Shown: piece after piece, positions 1 through 10,581 of the stretch | Layout of the letters: every line of letters begins with the position of its first letter | How positions within the stretch are numbered: the stretch's first letter is position 1 | Source of the DNA: Rebecca billardiae RCC1528 | Taxonomy: Eukaryota > Protista > Haptophyta | Assembly: GCA_965240325.2 (NCBI GenBank) | Contig: OZ251222.1 | Span: 1,612,001 to 1,676,000 of the forward strand | Length of the DNA: 64,000 nt | Direction: 5' to 3' | The notes under the pieces: generated by a model | The model's input: only the letters and a program-made list of their open reading frames with translations | Database searches by the model: none | Told to the model about the DNA's origin: nothing | Program-made: the position numbers and the translations under genes

Positions 1-762
1 TGGCCGCACAGCCCGGCCGCCGCAAACATCGCGAGCCGACCGTTCGAGAGCTCACGCTCCTGCATGGCCTTGAACTCGGCCGCGTCCTTCGGCTTCATGC
101 CGAGCGGGTCAAAGCCAATGTCACCGGGGTAGTAGTTCTCGCGGATGGTGAAGGCCGACTCCGTCGGCGGAACCCAGCCGACGAGCGCGCGGTACAGCTC
201 GCCGACGCCGATCGCGATCGTCAGGACCGAGAACGCAAAGATGTTCTGCTGGGCGAGGTGCGAGTTGGCCGGGCCGCTGATGGCCGTCGGCGCGAGGAAG
301 CTGCCGCCAAGCAGCGGCGCGACCGCCTCGCCAACAAAGTAGCCGATAACCGCGAGCATGGCGACGCGGCCGTGCATGACCTCCGACTCGCGAAGCCGCT
401 TGATCTCGCTCATCGACTTGTCGCTGCTGAAGCCCGCGGGGTCGAACTGGCCGAGCGGCGCGATGGAGCCCGGAAGGCCACCGCAGAACGCGTTCTTGTC
501 GTAAGTCCACCTGCACGCACAGGGGGTGAGCGCGACACAGGGGGTGAGCGCGACACGCGCGAGCGCCGAGCGCCGAGCACCGCACGCCCCCGCGCACTGC
601 GCGCGCGCACCCGTTGAGCGAGGGGACCGCCGGCGCCACCGGCTCCGCCGGCGCCGCCGCGGGCTCGTCACTCATCCGCACGGACGCCGACAGCTGGCGG
701 CGCGTCGACGTCTGCCGAAGCGGCGCCACGAGGGAGAGCACGCCGACGGTGAGCGCGAACAT
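1..762 (-). CDS. LHCX: Stress-related light-harvesting complex protein (LHCX/LI818 family); 3' end runs off the window
   Basis: ATG at 762; exon 762-611, GT-AG intron 610-511, exon 510-<1. The spliced product has a bipartite targeting-like N-terminus, GQFDPAGF, helix 1 RESEVMHGRVAMLA, ISGPANSHL, YYPGDIGFDPLGMKP and ELSNGRLAMFAAAG. The GPAxxH and YYPGDIGFDPLG motifs are typical of LHCX/LHCSR. Confidence 0.9.
519..554. repeat. 18-bp tandem duplication (ACAGGGGGTGAGCGCGAC x2) inside the LHCX intron
   Basis: Two exact copies at 519-536 and 537-554. Confidence 0.85.
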
Positions 763-1082
763 CGTGTTTGACCGGGATGATGCGGTGATAGGTTCCGGTT
801 GAGTGCCCAGTGCCCGCCAAGATGCGGGCATCTCGAAGGTACAGGTACCTACCCGCGTTCGCCTGTACTTACGGTGCGAATATATCAGCAAACGTGCGAT
901 TCGGCCTATCAAGCGGGTACATTTACTCAGTTACTCACTGCTGTAAGACCCAAGTCCGGGAAGCTGTACGTTAGAAATCGTGCATAGTACCGGACTGGTC
1001 ATAGTGTGACCGACGACCGTTGGTTCACTGCTGCGCGAGTTGAACGTGCCGCGCGGGGCCCCCTTTGGCTGCGCGGGGGACG
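763..1082. promoter_or_regulatory. Probable bidirectional promoter between LHCX and WDR90
   Basis: 320-bp lower-GC stretch between two divergent start codons (762 minus, 1083 plus). Confidence 0.5.
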
Positions 1083-4000
1083 ATGCTCTCGCACGTGTTC
1101 CAGTCGCCGTACGTCAACCTGCTCAAGCTCCTGGACAAGTCGCACGTTCAGCTCCACGGCGATGCCAAGGAGTCGATCGACCGCACGATCGGCAAGAAGG
1201 TGTACGCGGTGCGCGGCCGTGTCGCGCCGGACAATTACATCCAGATCCCGACCGACCGCTCGCAGTCGCTCGGGCTGAAGGGGCGCTTCGTGTACGTGCA
1301 GCTCAAGCCGACGGCGGGCAAGCACTTCGTGCTCAACCTGACCTTCATGACCATCGGCCACGGCTCGCTGCACGTCTCGCTCTCGAACGCGTACAAGTCT
1401 CGCAAGCTGCTCGGCTCGGTGCTGCAGCTGCCGTACCCGGAGCCGAGCGACCGGTGGGCGACGATCGCGATCGATGGGCCGCGGCTCATCAAGGAGGTGT
1501 ACCCGTCGATCGCCGGCGACGGCTCGCTCGAGTACGTCTGCTTCAAGGCCCTGCACGGCACGGCGAGCTTCTCGCTGCGCGCCGTGTTCACCTCGGACGT
1601 CGCGTTCACGCCGAGCATTCTGCCGCGCGACGTCATCTTCCCGCTGCCGCGCAACGCGAGCTGGGAGCACCTGTACGCGTGGCAGTGGCTGCCCGCGGCG
1701 CCCGCGCCCGCGCTCGACGCCGCCGCCGACTCGCCCGACACCGCCGCGTCGCTGGGCGCGACGCAGCTGCTCAGCCCGGCGAGCACGGCCGGCCGCGCGT
1801 CGAACCGGCACGGCTCGCGCGCGCCGCGCGCGCGCAGCGGCAGCCCGTCGCCACGGCCCAAGTCGCGCGGGGGGACGGCGGGCGCCGAGAGCGAGAACGT
1901 CGCGCCGAAGCCCCACGCCTTCTCCGGCGGGCGCGTGCCCACGTGGGCCACGCCCGCCGAGCGGCCGGCGCCGACGCCGCGGCCGAAGCTCGACCCGACG
2001 CGCGTGCTGAGCGGCCACGCGCCGCCCGCCAGCCCGCCGCGGTCGGGCGCGAAGGGTCCGGCGGCGGGCGCGAGGGGCGAGGGCGTCGAGGCTTCGTCGC
2101 CCGAGTCGCGCCGCACGCCGCTCTCGTCGCAGCCGACGGTGCGCGCGCAGCAGCGCGCGTGCGCGTCGGCGTGCCGCTCCGCAGACGGCGGCGAGTCTGT
2201 CGCGGGCGGCGTGGGCGGCGGCGGCGGCTCGAGCGTCGCGGCGGGCTCGTCGGCGTTCTCGCCCGCGGCGGGCAGCAGCCTGCTCGGCGCGGGCGTGCCG
2301 AGCGCGCCCTCCCTCACGAGCGCGCCCGACGCGCTCGTGCGCCTGCGCCGCACCCTCGCGCTCAACTGCTCCGCGCCGCACGCGGCGGCGTGGCTGCACG
2401 ACGGCGAGACGGTCGCTTACGGCGCCGCGGCGCTCGTCGTGCTGCACCACGTGGAGAGCGGGGCGCATCGGCACCTGGTGGGGCACACGGCGCGCGTGTG
2501 CTCGCTCAGCGCGTGCGGCGGCACCGTGCACCTCCTCGCCTCCGCGCAGGAGGGCCGCATGCCCACCGTCCGCCTCTGGCTCCCATCAAGCGGCGCGTGC
2601 GTCGGCGTGCTGTGCGCGCACGTGTCTGACCTGTGCTGCCTCGCGCTCTCGGCGGACGGCGCGCTGCTCGCGGCGTGCGGCAGCGACGCGGGCGCGCGGC
2701 AGGTGCTCGCGCTGTGGGAGACGGCGGCGGTGCGCACGGGCGGCGCCGCCTCGCTCCTCACGAGCAAGCGCACCGAGCACCACGTCGCGCAGCTGCGGTT
2801 CTGCGCCGGCCCGGCCGACGACGAGCTCGGCTCAGACGAGGAGCGGTACCGCTTCCTCACGTGCGGCGCGGAGAACGTGGTGTTCTGGCGGCTGCGCGGC
2901 GGCACGCTGCGCTCGTGCGTCGCGGACCTGCGCGGCCACTCGCACGAGGCGTTCGTCGACATCGCCGTCGACCCGGTCGGCCGCACCGCGCTCAACCTCG
3001 CGTCGACGCGCCGCGCGTTTGTCTCGACCGCGTCCGGCAAGCTGCTGCAGCTGCGCGTGGAGTCGCGCGAGCTCGAGTTCGTCTTCCAGCTGCACGCGAC
3101 GATGATCTCGGCGGTGCACCTGACCGAGGGGTTCTGCGTGACCGGCTCGGTCGACGGCGTCCTCCGCGTCTGGCCGCTCGACTTCTCCGAGTTCCTGCTC
3201 GAGGCGGAGCACGACGGCCCGATCTCGGCGCTCGACGCGACGCCCGACGGTCTCACGATGCTGATCGCGGTCGACCGCGTGAACTCGCTCGGGCTGATGG
3301 ACCTGTCGACGCACCGGCACGTGACGCTGGTGCGCACGCACGTGCAGCCCGTGCGCTGCGTCGCCGCCGACCCGCGCCGCCGCCAGTTCGCCACGCTCTC
3401 CCTCGCCGACCAGAGCGTGCGCGTGTGGGAGCTGGACGGTGCGCGCCAGCTCTCCGAGTTCGAAGCGACCGCCGAGCCGCCGACCGCCGTGTGCTACCAC
3501 GCGTCGGAGCACACGCTGGCGGTGGGGTACGAGTCGGGCGCGGTGCGCGTGTTCGACGTGGAGACCACCTCGATGCAGCACGAGTACAAGCTGCACAACG
3601 CGCCCGTCCTCGCGCTCGCCTTCGACGCGGCCGGGCGCTCGCTCTACTCTGCGTCCGCGGATGGCGCGCTCGTCGCGTACGACGCAACCAAGGACTACTG
3701 GCCGCTGCAGGTGTACGCGGCGCCGCGGCCGGGGGAGCGCGTGTGCATGCAGCTCGTGCGCGTGCGCGCGCCGCCCAAGCCCGCGCCGCCGCCCTCCACC
3801 GCGGCGGGCAGCACGCCCGCCTCGTCCTCCGCCGCCACCGGCACGTCTGCGAGCGGCGGCGGCGGCGGCGGCGGCGGCGGCACGCCCGCGCACGGCGGCG
3901 GCGGCGCGGCCGAGCCGACGGAGGCGCTGGTCGTGTGCGGCCTCGAGCGCACGTGCGTGCTGCTCTTCGACCCGAAGGACCTGCGCCGCCCGCCCGCGCA

Positions 4001-7000
4001 GCTCGCGCTCGGCGGCGCCGCGCCCAAGGCGCGCTGCCTCGCGCTCACGCCCGACGGCGTCCACGCCCTGGTGGGCACGGCCGACGGCGGCGTGCTCCGC
4101 GCCGAGCTCGCGAGCGGCGAGATCGTATCTCACGCCAAGGGGCTGCACCGCGAGAGCATCGACGCGATCGCGGTGAGCGCGGACGGGAGCCGCGTGTACA
4201 CGGGCGGCGCCGACCGCATCCTCAAGGTCTGGCACGCGCGCGCGCTCTTCCCCTCGCGGCACAACGCCACGGCCGTCGCGATCGCCGCGGCCGCGAGCGG
4301 GCCGGGCGCGTCGTCGTCGGCGCGCGCGGCGGGCGGCCTGCCGCCCCACCAAGCCTTCGTCGCGCACGGCGACGCCATCACGTCGATCGCGATCGCCGCC
4401 GCGCCCGGCGGCGCGCCGCAGCTCGTGACCACCGACGCGGGCGGCCTGGTCGCGATCTGGGACGCGCTCGACCCGCAGGGCGACGGCGATGCCGAGGGCT
4501 CCTCCTCGCTCGGCGGCGCCGCCGGCCGCGTCGGCAGCGCGCGCCGCCGGCTCGCGTCGGCCGAGCTTCGCCTCGCCTCGGCGGAGGGCTCGCGCGCGGG
4601 CGGCGTGGGCAGCGCGGAGGGCTGGGTAGCGCGCGTGCCGAGCTCGCGCGCCGCCCGCGCCACGCCAAGCAGCGCGCCCTCGAGCGCGCCCTCCCTCGCC
4701 GGCGACGGCCGCCCGCCGCCGGTCGCCGACGCGCGCGCGCGCGAGGCGGAGGCGGCGGCGGAGGGCGGCTGGGGCGTCGATGGCGGCGCGGCGCGCAGCG
4801 TGAGCGGCTCGCCCGCCGCCGGGCGCGGCGCGGCCGCCTCCGAGCGCGCCGTGCCGCTCGGCCAGCCGCCCGCCCGCGCGCGCCCCTCGCTGCTCCCGCC
4901 GGGCACCGGCAGCATCGGCTTCACCGTCGAGGGCGGCGCGGGCTCGCTCGACTGGCGCGCGGCCGCGGCGCGCGTCGCGTACAGCAGCGGCGGCGTGTGC
5001 GTCGTCGACGACCACGAGGGCGGCGCGCGGCAGCTGGCGGTGCTCCCGACGGCGCAGTCGCTGTGCGTCGCGTTCGACGAGGCCGCCGAGCGCGTCGCGC
5101 TCGCCGACGCCGTCGGCCGCGCGCCCGTCGCCATCTGGTCGGTGTCAGATCGCAGCGTCGTCTCACTGCACGGCCTGAGCGCGCGCGTGCTCGCCATGCA
5201 CTTTGACGCTACCGGCGAGCGGCTCGTCGTGCTCACCGACGGCGTGGGCGCGCCGGTGCTCTCCGCGTGGGACGCGGCGCGCGGCACGCTCGTCGCGACG
5301 CGCGACCGCGCCGAGGGCGACGACGGCGCCGACAGCGCCGAGGAGGAGGACGAGGAGGAGGCGGCGCGGAGCGCGCGCGTGCGCGCGCGCGCGCGTGCGC
5401 TCTCCGGCGGCGACGCGCTCGGCGAGCGCGACGACGACGACGAGGAGGAGGAGGAGGATGAGGCGGACCCGCTCTTCGGGCTGACGGAGGAGGAGGTCGC
5501 CGCGCTGCGCACGCGGCCGCTCGCGATGCTCGAGTCGATGTGCGCGCTGCCCTCCTCCGCGCACGGCGGGTGCGCGCTCGCGGTCGCGGGCGCGACGGGC
5601 GTGCAGGTCTGGGAGCTGAGCGCGCGCTCGGTGCGGCGCGCGCGGCTGCTGTGCATGAGCACGTGGGACGTGGAGGCTTCGGAGCAGTCGCAGGCGGCGC
5701 AGGAGGGCGTGCCGCCCCTCGCCTCCCTCGGCCGCTCGCTCCTCCTCTGCGGCGACAAGGGCGGCCGGCTGTGCCTGTACCACACGCGCGCAGGCTGGAC
5801 GACCAAGACTGAGCCGCTGGCGGACGAGGGGCAGCGCGTGACGGCGCTGGGCGTGCACGACGCGCACGTGGACGAGGAGGGCGCGGCGTGGACGCTGCTG
5901 GTGGGCTGCGGCCCGCCCGGCCCGCTCGAGCCGGGCCAGCTCGGCGAGCAGCCCGGCTGCGTGCAGCTCTTCCGCCTCAGCCTGCCGCACCCGACGCAGC
6001 GCGCGCCCGCCGCACCTCTGCACCTCGAGCCGTTGCACAGAGTCGAGCTGCCCGCGCCCGTGTGCGCGGTGCGCGCGGACCCGCTGGCCGCGCTCGTGGG
6101 CACGACGGACGGCGGCATCTGGCACGTGCAGTGGGCGGAGGCCACGGGCGAGGTGCGCGCGCCGCCGCGTCGCGCCGCATCGCGCGTGCGCACGAGCCGA
6201 GGCGCAGCCCGTCCGGCCGCCTCGCGGTGCGGCCGCGCCGCGGAGAAAGGAGTGAAGCTTGGCGCGCAGCGCTGACGGAGCGGCGCGCCCCGCCCGTGCT
6301 GCCCTGTGCACACCCTCCCTCCCACCACCAGGCGAACGTCGTGTCCAGCCTCGCGTCGACGCCGCCCCCCGTGCAGGAGCGCCTGGTGATGAGCGCGGAC
6401 TGCCGCCTGCTGCTGGGCTGCTCCGGCGCGTCCGGCTGCGCCGTGTGGTGGGTGGGCGGCGACGGCGGCGCTGGCGGCGCCGGCGGCGACGGCGGCGCCA
6501 CCGCAGCCGCGGGCGCGGCGAGCGCGGGCGCCGACGCGGTGCAGGTGGCGCTGCTGCGCATGGAGGACCAGACGGCGTGCACCTGCGTCGCGATGCCGCA
6601 CGAGCCGAGCATCGCCGGCCAGCCGGGCTCCACGTGGGCGTGCGCCGTCGGCTTCGAGTCCGGCAAAGTGCATCTCTTCGACCTGAGCTCGGTCGAGATG
6701 TCGCGCGAGCTGCACCCGCACGCGCGCGGCGGCGTGGCGCCGGCGGCCGGCTCGGTGCCTGTCGAGTGCGTGTGCTTCGCGCCCAACGACGTGCTGCTCA
6801 GCGCGAACGCGCTCGGCGAGGTGGTGATGACCGACCTGAAGCGCGCGGACAGCCCCGCGCGCCTGCTGCGCAACGCGGGCGGTGCGCGCCGCGCCGCGCT
6901 TGCGCGCGCGCGCGTCCACGGCCCGGGGCCCCGCGCCTGTGCCTCCACGCGGCGCCGCGCGCGCCCGGCGCCGCACGCCCCGCAGCGACTGACACGCGCG

Positions 7001-7813
7001 GCGCGCGGCGCGACCCCCGGCGCCGTGCGCGCGCGCAGGCGCCCGCGCCGTCGAGCTCGGCGTGGGCTCGACGGGCGCGTGGCTCCTCCTGACCGAAGTG
7101 ACCGTCCTCTGTGTGTGGGACCAGCTGCCCGCCGAGCCCGGCGCGGCGGGTCCGATGGCGGCGCCCGTGCTCGAGCTCGCCCTCGTCACCGCCTCTCTCG
7201 CGCCGACGAGCGGCGGCGCGGCGGGCGGCGGCGGCGGCGCGGTGGCGACGTTCGCGCACAAGCCCACGCCCGCCGGCCGCGCGGCCGCGCTGCAGTCTGC
7301 CACGCCGCGCGGCGCGCCCGTCGACGCCGTCGTCTGCTCCGGCATCGATTTCAAGGATGGCGGCGCTGCGCCGTACGTGATGGCGTATGACGCGGCGGGG
7401 CGGCGCGTGTGCTGGAGCTGCTGGCTCGAGGCGCCGGTGGACGCCCTCGCCGCCGCGCCCAACGCCGACATCTGCGCGATCGTGCGCGCTGCGCGCGAGG
7501 GCCTCGCGGCGCGCGACGCGGCGCATCCCATCTGCGGCCGCGCGCGCGCGCGCGCGCCTCCGCTTCGCGCTGCCGTCACGTCCGCCCCGCCCCCTCTCGC
7601 GTGCGCGCCATCGCGCAGGTGCTTGCCAACGGCAGCGTCGAGCTGCTCGGCAAGGCGGACGGCCGCGTGGTGCGTCGGCTTCACGCGCCCGGCCCGCGCG
7701 CGCTGTCGCTCTGCCTCGCCGACGATGGCGCGTGCTACGTGGCCAATGGCTCGACAATCGTTGTTCACCCGCCGCTGCTCGCGCAGCAGTCGCGGCAGCT
7801 GCTGGCCGCCTGA
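1083..7813 (+). CDS. WDR90: WD repeat-containing protein 90 / POC16 (N-terminal CFA20/DUF667 domain plus multiple WD40 propellers; centriole protein)
   Basis: The N-terminus FQSPYVNLLK...VYAVRGRVAPDNYIQIP...SLGLKGRFVYVQLKP...KHFVLNL matches the WDR90 DUF667 pattern. Many WD repeats follow (VTGSVDGVLRVWPLDFSEFLLEAEHDGPI). Exons 1083-6152, 6332-6881, 7039-7481 and 7619-7813 are all GT-AG and in phase. Confidence 0.88.
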
Positions 7814-8211
7814 GCACGACGCTCGCTCGGCGCTGAAATGATCACAGCAGCATTGTGGGCCGCCCTTCACGAGCTGGCCTCTGGGCCAACCGCCAAGGTC
7901 GTGGCCAGCACTGCGGACCGGCACCGTTGCGGAGTGGGGCGTCAGTCCTGACGACTCGGGACTGAGTCTCTGACTCACTGAGTCTGATAGACTGTCAGAC
8001 GGCTGAGCCTGACGCCGACGGGCCCGACGCGGCACGGCCACGTACGGCCACGGCACGGCGGACGGCGCGGGAGCTAGAAGTAGAATATAGCAGACAATAG
8101 TGCTGCGGAAAAATGGGCGCCATGATCGAGTGCTGAGTATATACTGATGATGATATTTATGATGATGGCAAAATAATATATTGATGCGGTATCGACTACG
8201 ACAATTTTTTA

Positions 8212-8474
8212 TTTATTGTTTTAACGTGCGTAAGGCTCACGGTGGCAGGTTGCCGCGCGATCCTTCATCGCACGCTCTCCGAAGAGAGACCTGGAAACTG
8301 GAGTTTGAATAACCCATGACCTCAGCTTATCGTAGTCATCTCTAATGAGTCCGATGAAGCCCGTGCCCTGTGGGCCTGTACCGAAGTGTTCCAGGTCTCT
8401 CTTCGGAGAGCGTGCGATGAAGGATGGCGCGGCAACCTGCCACCGTGAGCCTTACGCACGTTAAAACAAATAAA
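8212..8474. repeat. Long inverted repeat (~85-bp arms at 8212-8296 and 8389-8474, 92-bp spacer); possible foldback element or hairpin RNA
   Basis: The arms are reverse complements except for one substitution and a 1-bp indel in the T/A run. Confidence 0.9.
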
Positions 8475-9446
8475 CTGTACGGAGTACGGTAGCTACAGTA
8501 GTGATGAGTTCTGCATGACTCTAAGACTGACGCTGATCGAGTGTCAAGACTGACTCGATATACGTGATTGGTATACAGCGTAGCCAGCATGAATCACCTG
8601 GCATGTCATCATGATTCATGAAGCCAGGCTCTCGCGTTTTGACGGTCGCACTCTGACTCGTGGCGCTATTTACTCTGTGGCACGGCCCGTCTGAGTCGCA
8701 GCCGTCGGTGCCGCGTAGCCCGGCGGACCGCGCAGCCGCAGCGGGCGCGGCAACGGGCCAACTGAATCAGATCGTGATTCATGACACTGTAGTCATGCTC
8801 TATAGTGCTTTAGACTTCCGGACACCGGTCGCCTCCGGCAGCAGGCCTGGCCAGATTCGACCGCCTCTCGGCGCGCGGCGGAATGCCGATGACCAGTACG
8901 AGCTGTCGGTCGCTGTCTGTCACCCTCAGTCCACACTCGTTGCTGCACTCGACACTGTGGGCGCGACGCCGCAGCCGAAGGCGCAGCGTGAGGTGTGACT
9001 TGGCTTGGCCAACGTATGTCCCGCCTTTCAGTCATGGCTACCACGTTGTCGCCCAGCATCTGATTGGTGCAATGGCGCTTCCAGGCTTCGGTACACGGAG
9101 CAGCCATGTGGCTCGCGCAGCTCTGTGCCTCTGTCCCGCTGTTCCCATCGACGGGTGGGATGCGCCCGGACGCGCCGCACACGCCTCAGCGCGTGCGGCG
9201 TGCGCGTGGCGTGCGCGCAGCCGGCTCACCCCCAGGACCACAGCACGCGAGGTTGGCAGTTACACAGTCCGGCAGTGCCAACAGTACTGCCAAAGCGCCG
9301 GACTTTGGAGCGGCAATCAAAGGCGCGCGAATTTCGCGCTTGAAACGTGTAACGGCGAAGCGTCTGGGCGCGCGGCGAATACGACCAATTTTCGAACTAA
9401 CGCGTCCGCGACTCCAGGAAGGTCCAAGACGTCCGTCGCCTAGATC

Positions 9447-10021
9447 ATGGGCCGCAGCAAGCACCACTCCTCTAGCTATGGTTCTGGCGGCTTCGCGATC
9501 TGGCAGAGCTACCCGCCGGCGGACTACAACTCGGTGCGCAGCAAGCACGCTCGCGTCGTTCTGGGCGTCGCCCGACGCGCGCGCGCGCGCGCGCACTTTA
9601 TGATGCGTTGCGCTCGCAACGCATCGGGCGCTTATCGATTGGGGGCGTTGCGCCGCACCTGGCCCGACGCCTGTCTCGCGCGCAGGCACAAAAGTTCTGC
9701 TACATGATCAGTGGCTCGGACCCGCAGGCCGAGGTCAGGGAGTGGAGATCTCGCAAAGAGTACCAGTTGCTCTACGACCTCTCCACGGCCGCGGGTGGCG
9801 TGAACATGTGGGTTGGCTTCTCAGACTGGGGGCATCCCGGCATCTGGAGGGACGGCGAGGGCGGTTCCCGGCCGGAATACACCCCGTGGTTTGCCGGCCA
9901 GGAGGTCCTACTGGACAGCAACACCGTCCCGGACGCCGACTGCGCCTACTTCGAGTATTCGTCCTCGCTCGTGAAGCTCGGGAGCTGCTTTGACAAGTGG
10001 GCGTACATCTGTGATGAGTGA
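9447..10021 (+). CDS. C-type lectin domain protein (5' end uncertain)
   Basis: Exons 9447-9533 and 9686-10021 (GT-AG, phase 0) give ADYNSAQKFC...MWVGFSD...GIW...YTPWFAGQ...DCAYF...C...YICD, the CTLD cysteine and WIGL-like pattern. An AG at 9442-9443 could make the first exon internal. Confidence 0.7.
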
Positions 10022-10581
10022 AGGGTTGTGTGCGGGATGGCTCTGGCGGTGGCGGACGATGTGTGGCACCGCAATCAGCTCAGTGGCTCGCACGTGTCGC
10101 TTGTCGGTGCTTCGAGCTGTCGCTCCTTGGCGATGGAGCAGTGGAGCGGATCGCCGATTGGCGGCATCAGTGAGGCGGGCATGCCGCACGACGCGCGATC
10201 GAATCGGCAATCGCGCCCATCCCGTGCCATCCAGCGACCAGCATCGTCGGCGGTCATGACTGGCCCGCTACTGGCGCGTCAGCAGAAAAGACACTGATGG
10301 CGGCACGCGGCAGCGGCGGCATTATGCCACGCCTATTATCCTCGGCGCGCCGGATGGCGGATTGACAGGCAACCTTTTCAAAGTGAAAGACGGATCAAGG
10401 CGCATGGTCGTCGCTACTGTAAGCGTAGAGAACTGCGCGGTGCGTCATCTCGACAATCTCGCCCTCGCCGTTGTCGGCCCTCGGACTGATCGAGCCCGAG
10501 CTGCCTGCGGCGCCAGTGCCCACGCCACGCGAAGCTTCAGGTCGCCAGGCTCCGGCAGGGGCACGGCGCTAGCTTCAGAGT

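Noticed and set aside
999-8056. Long antisense and alternative-frame ORFs over WDR90 (e.g. 4130-8056, 2832-5015, 2633-5206)
   Set aside because: Expected at this very high GC; they are Arg/Ala/Pro-rich with no domain motifs. The same applies to similar ORFs throughout the window.
8341-8390. Hammerhead-like CCGATGA...CGAA in the inverted-repeat spacer
   Set aside because: The core does not match CUGANGA/GAAA, and stems I and III could not be built.
8410-8460. SECIS-like ATGA...AA...GA stem in the inverted-repeat arm
   Set aside because: The spacing is 13 nt before AA and only 11 nt from AA to GA, which is too short. No upstream selenoprotein ORF is evident.
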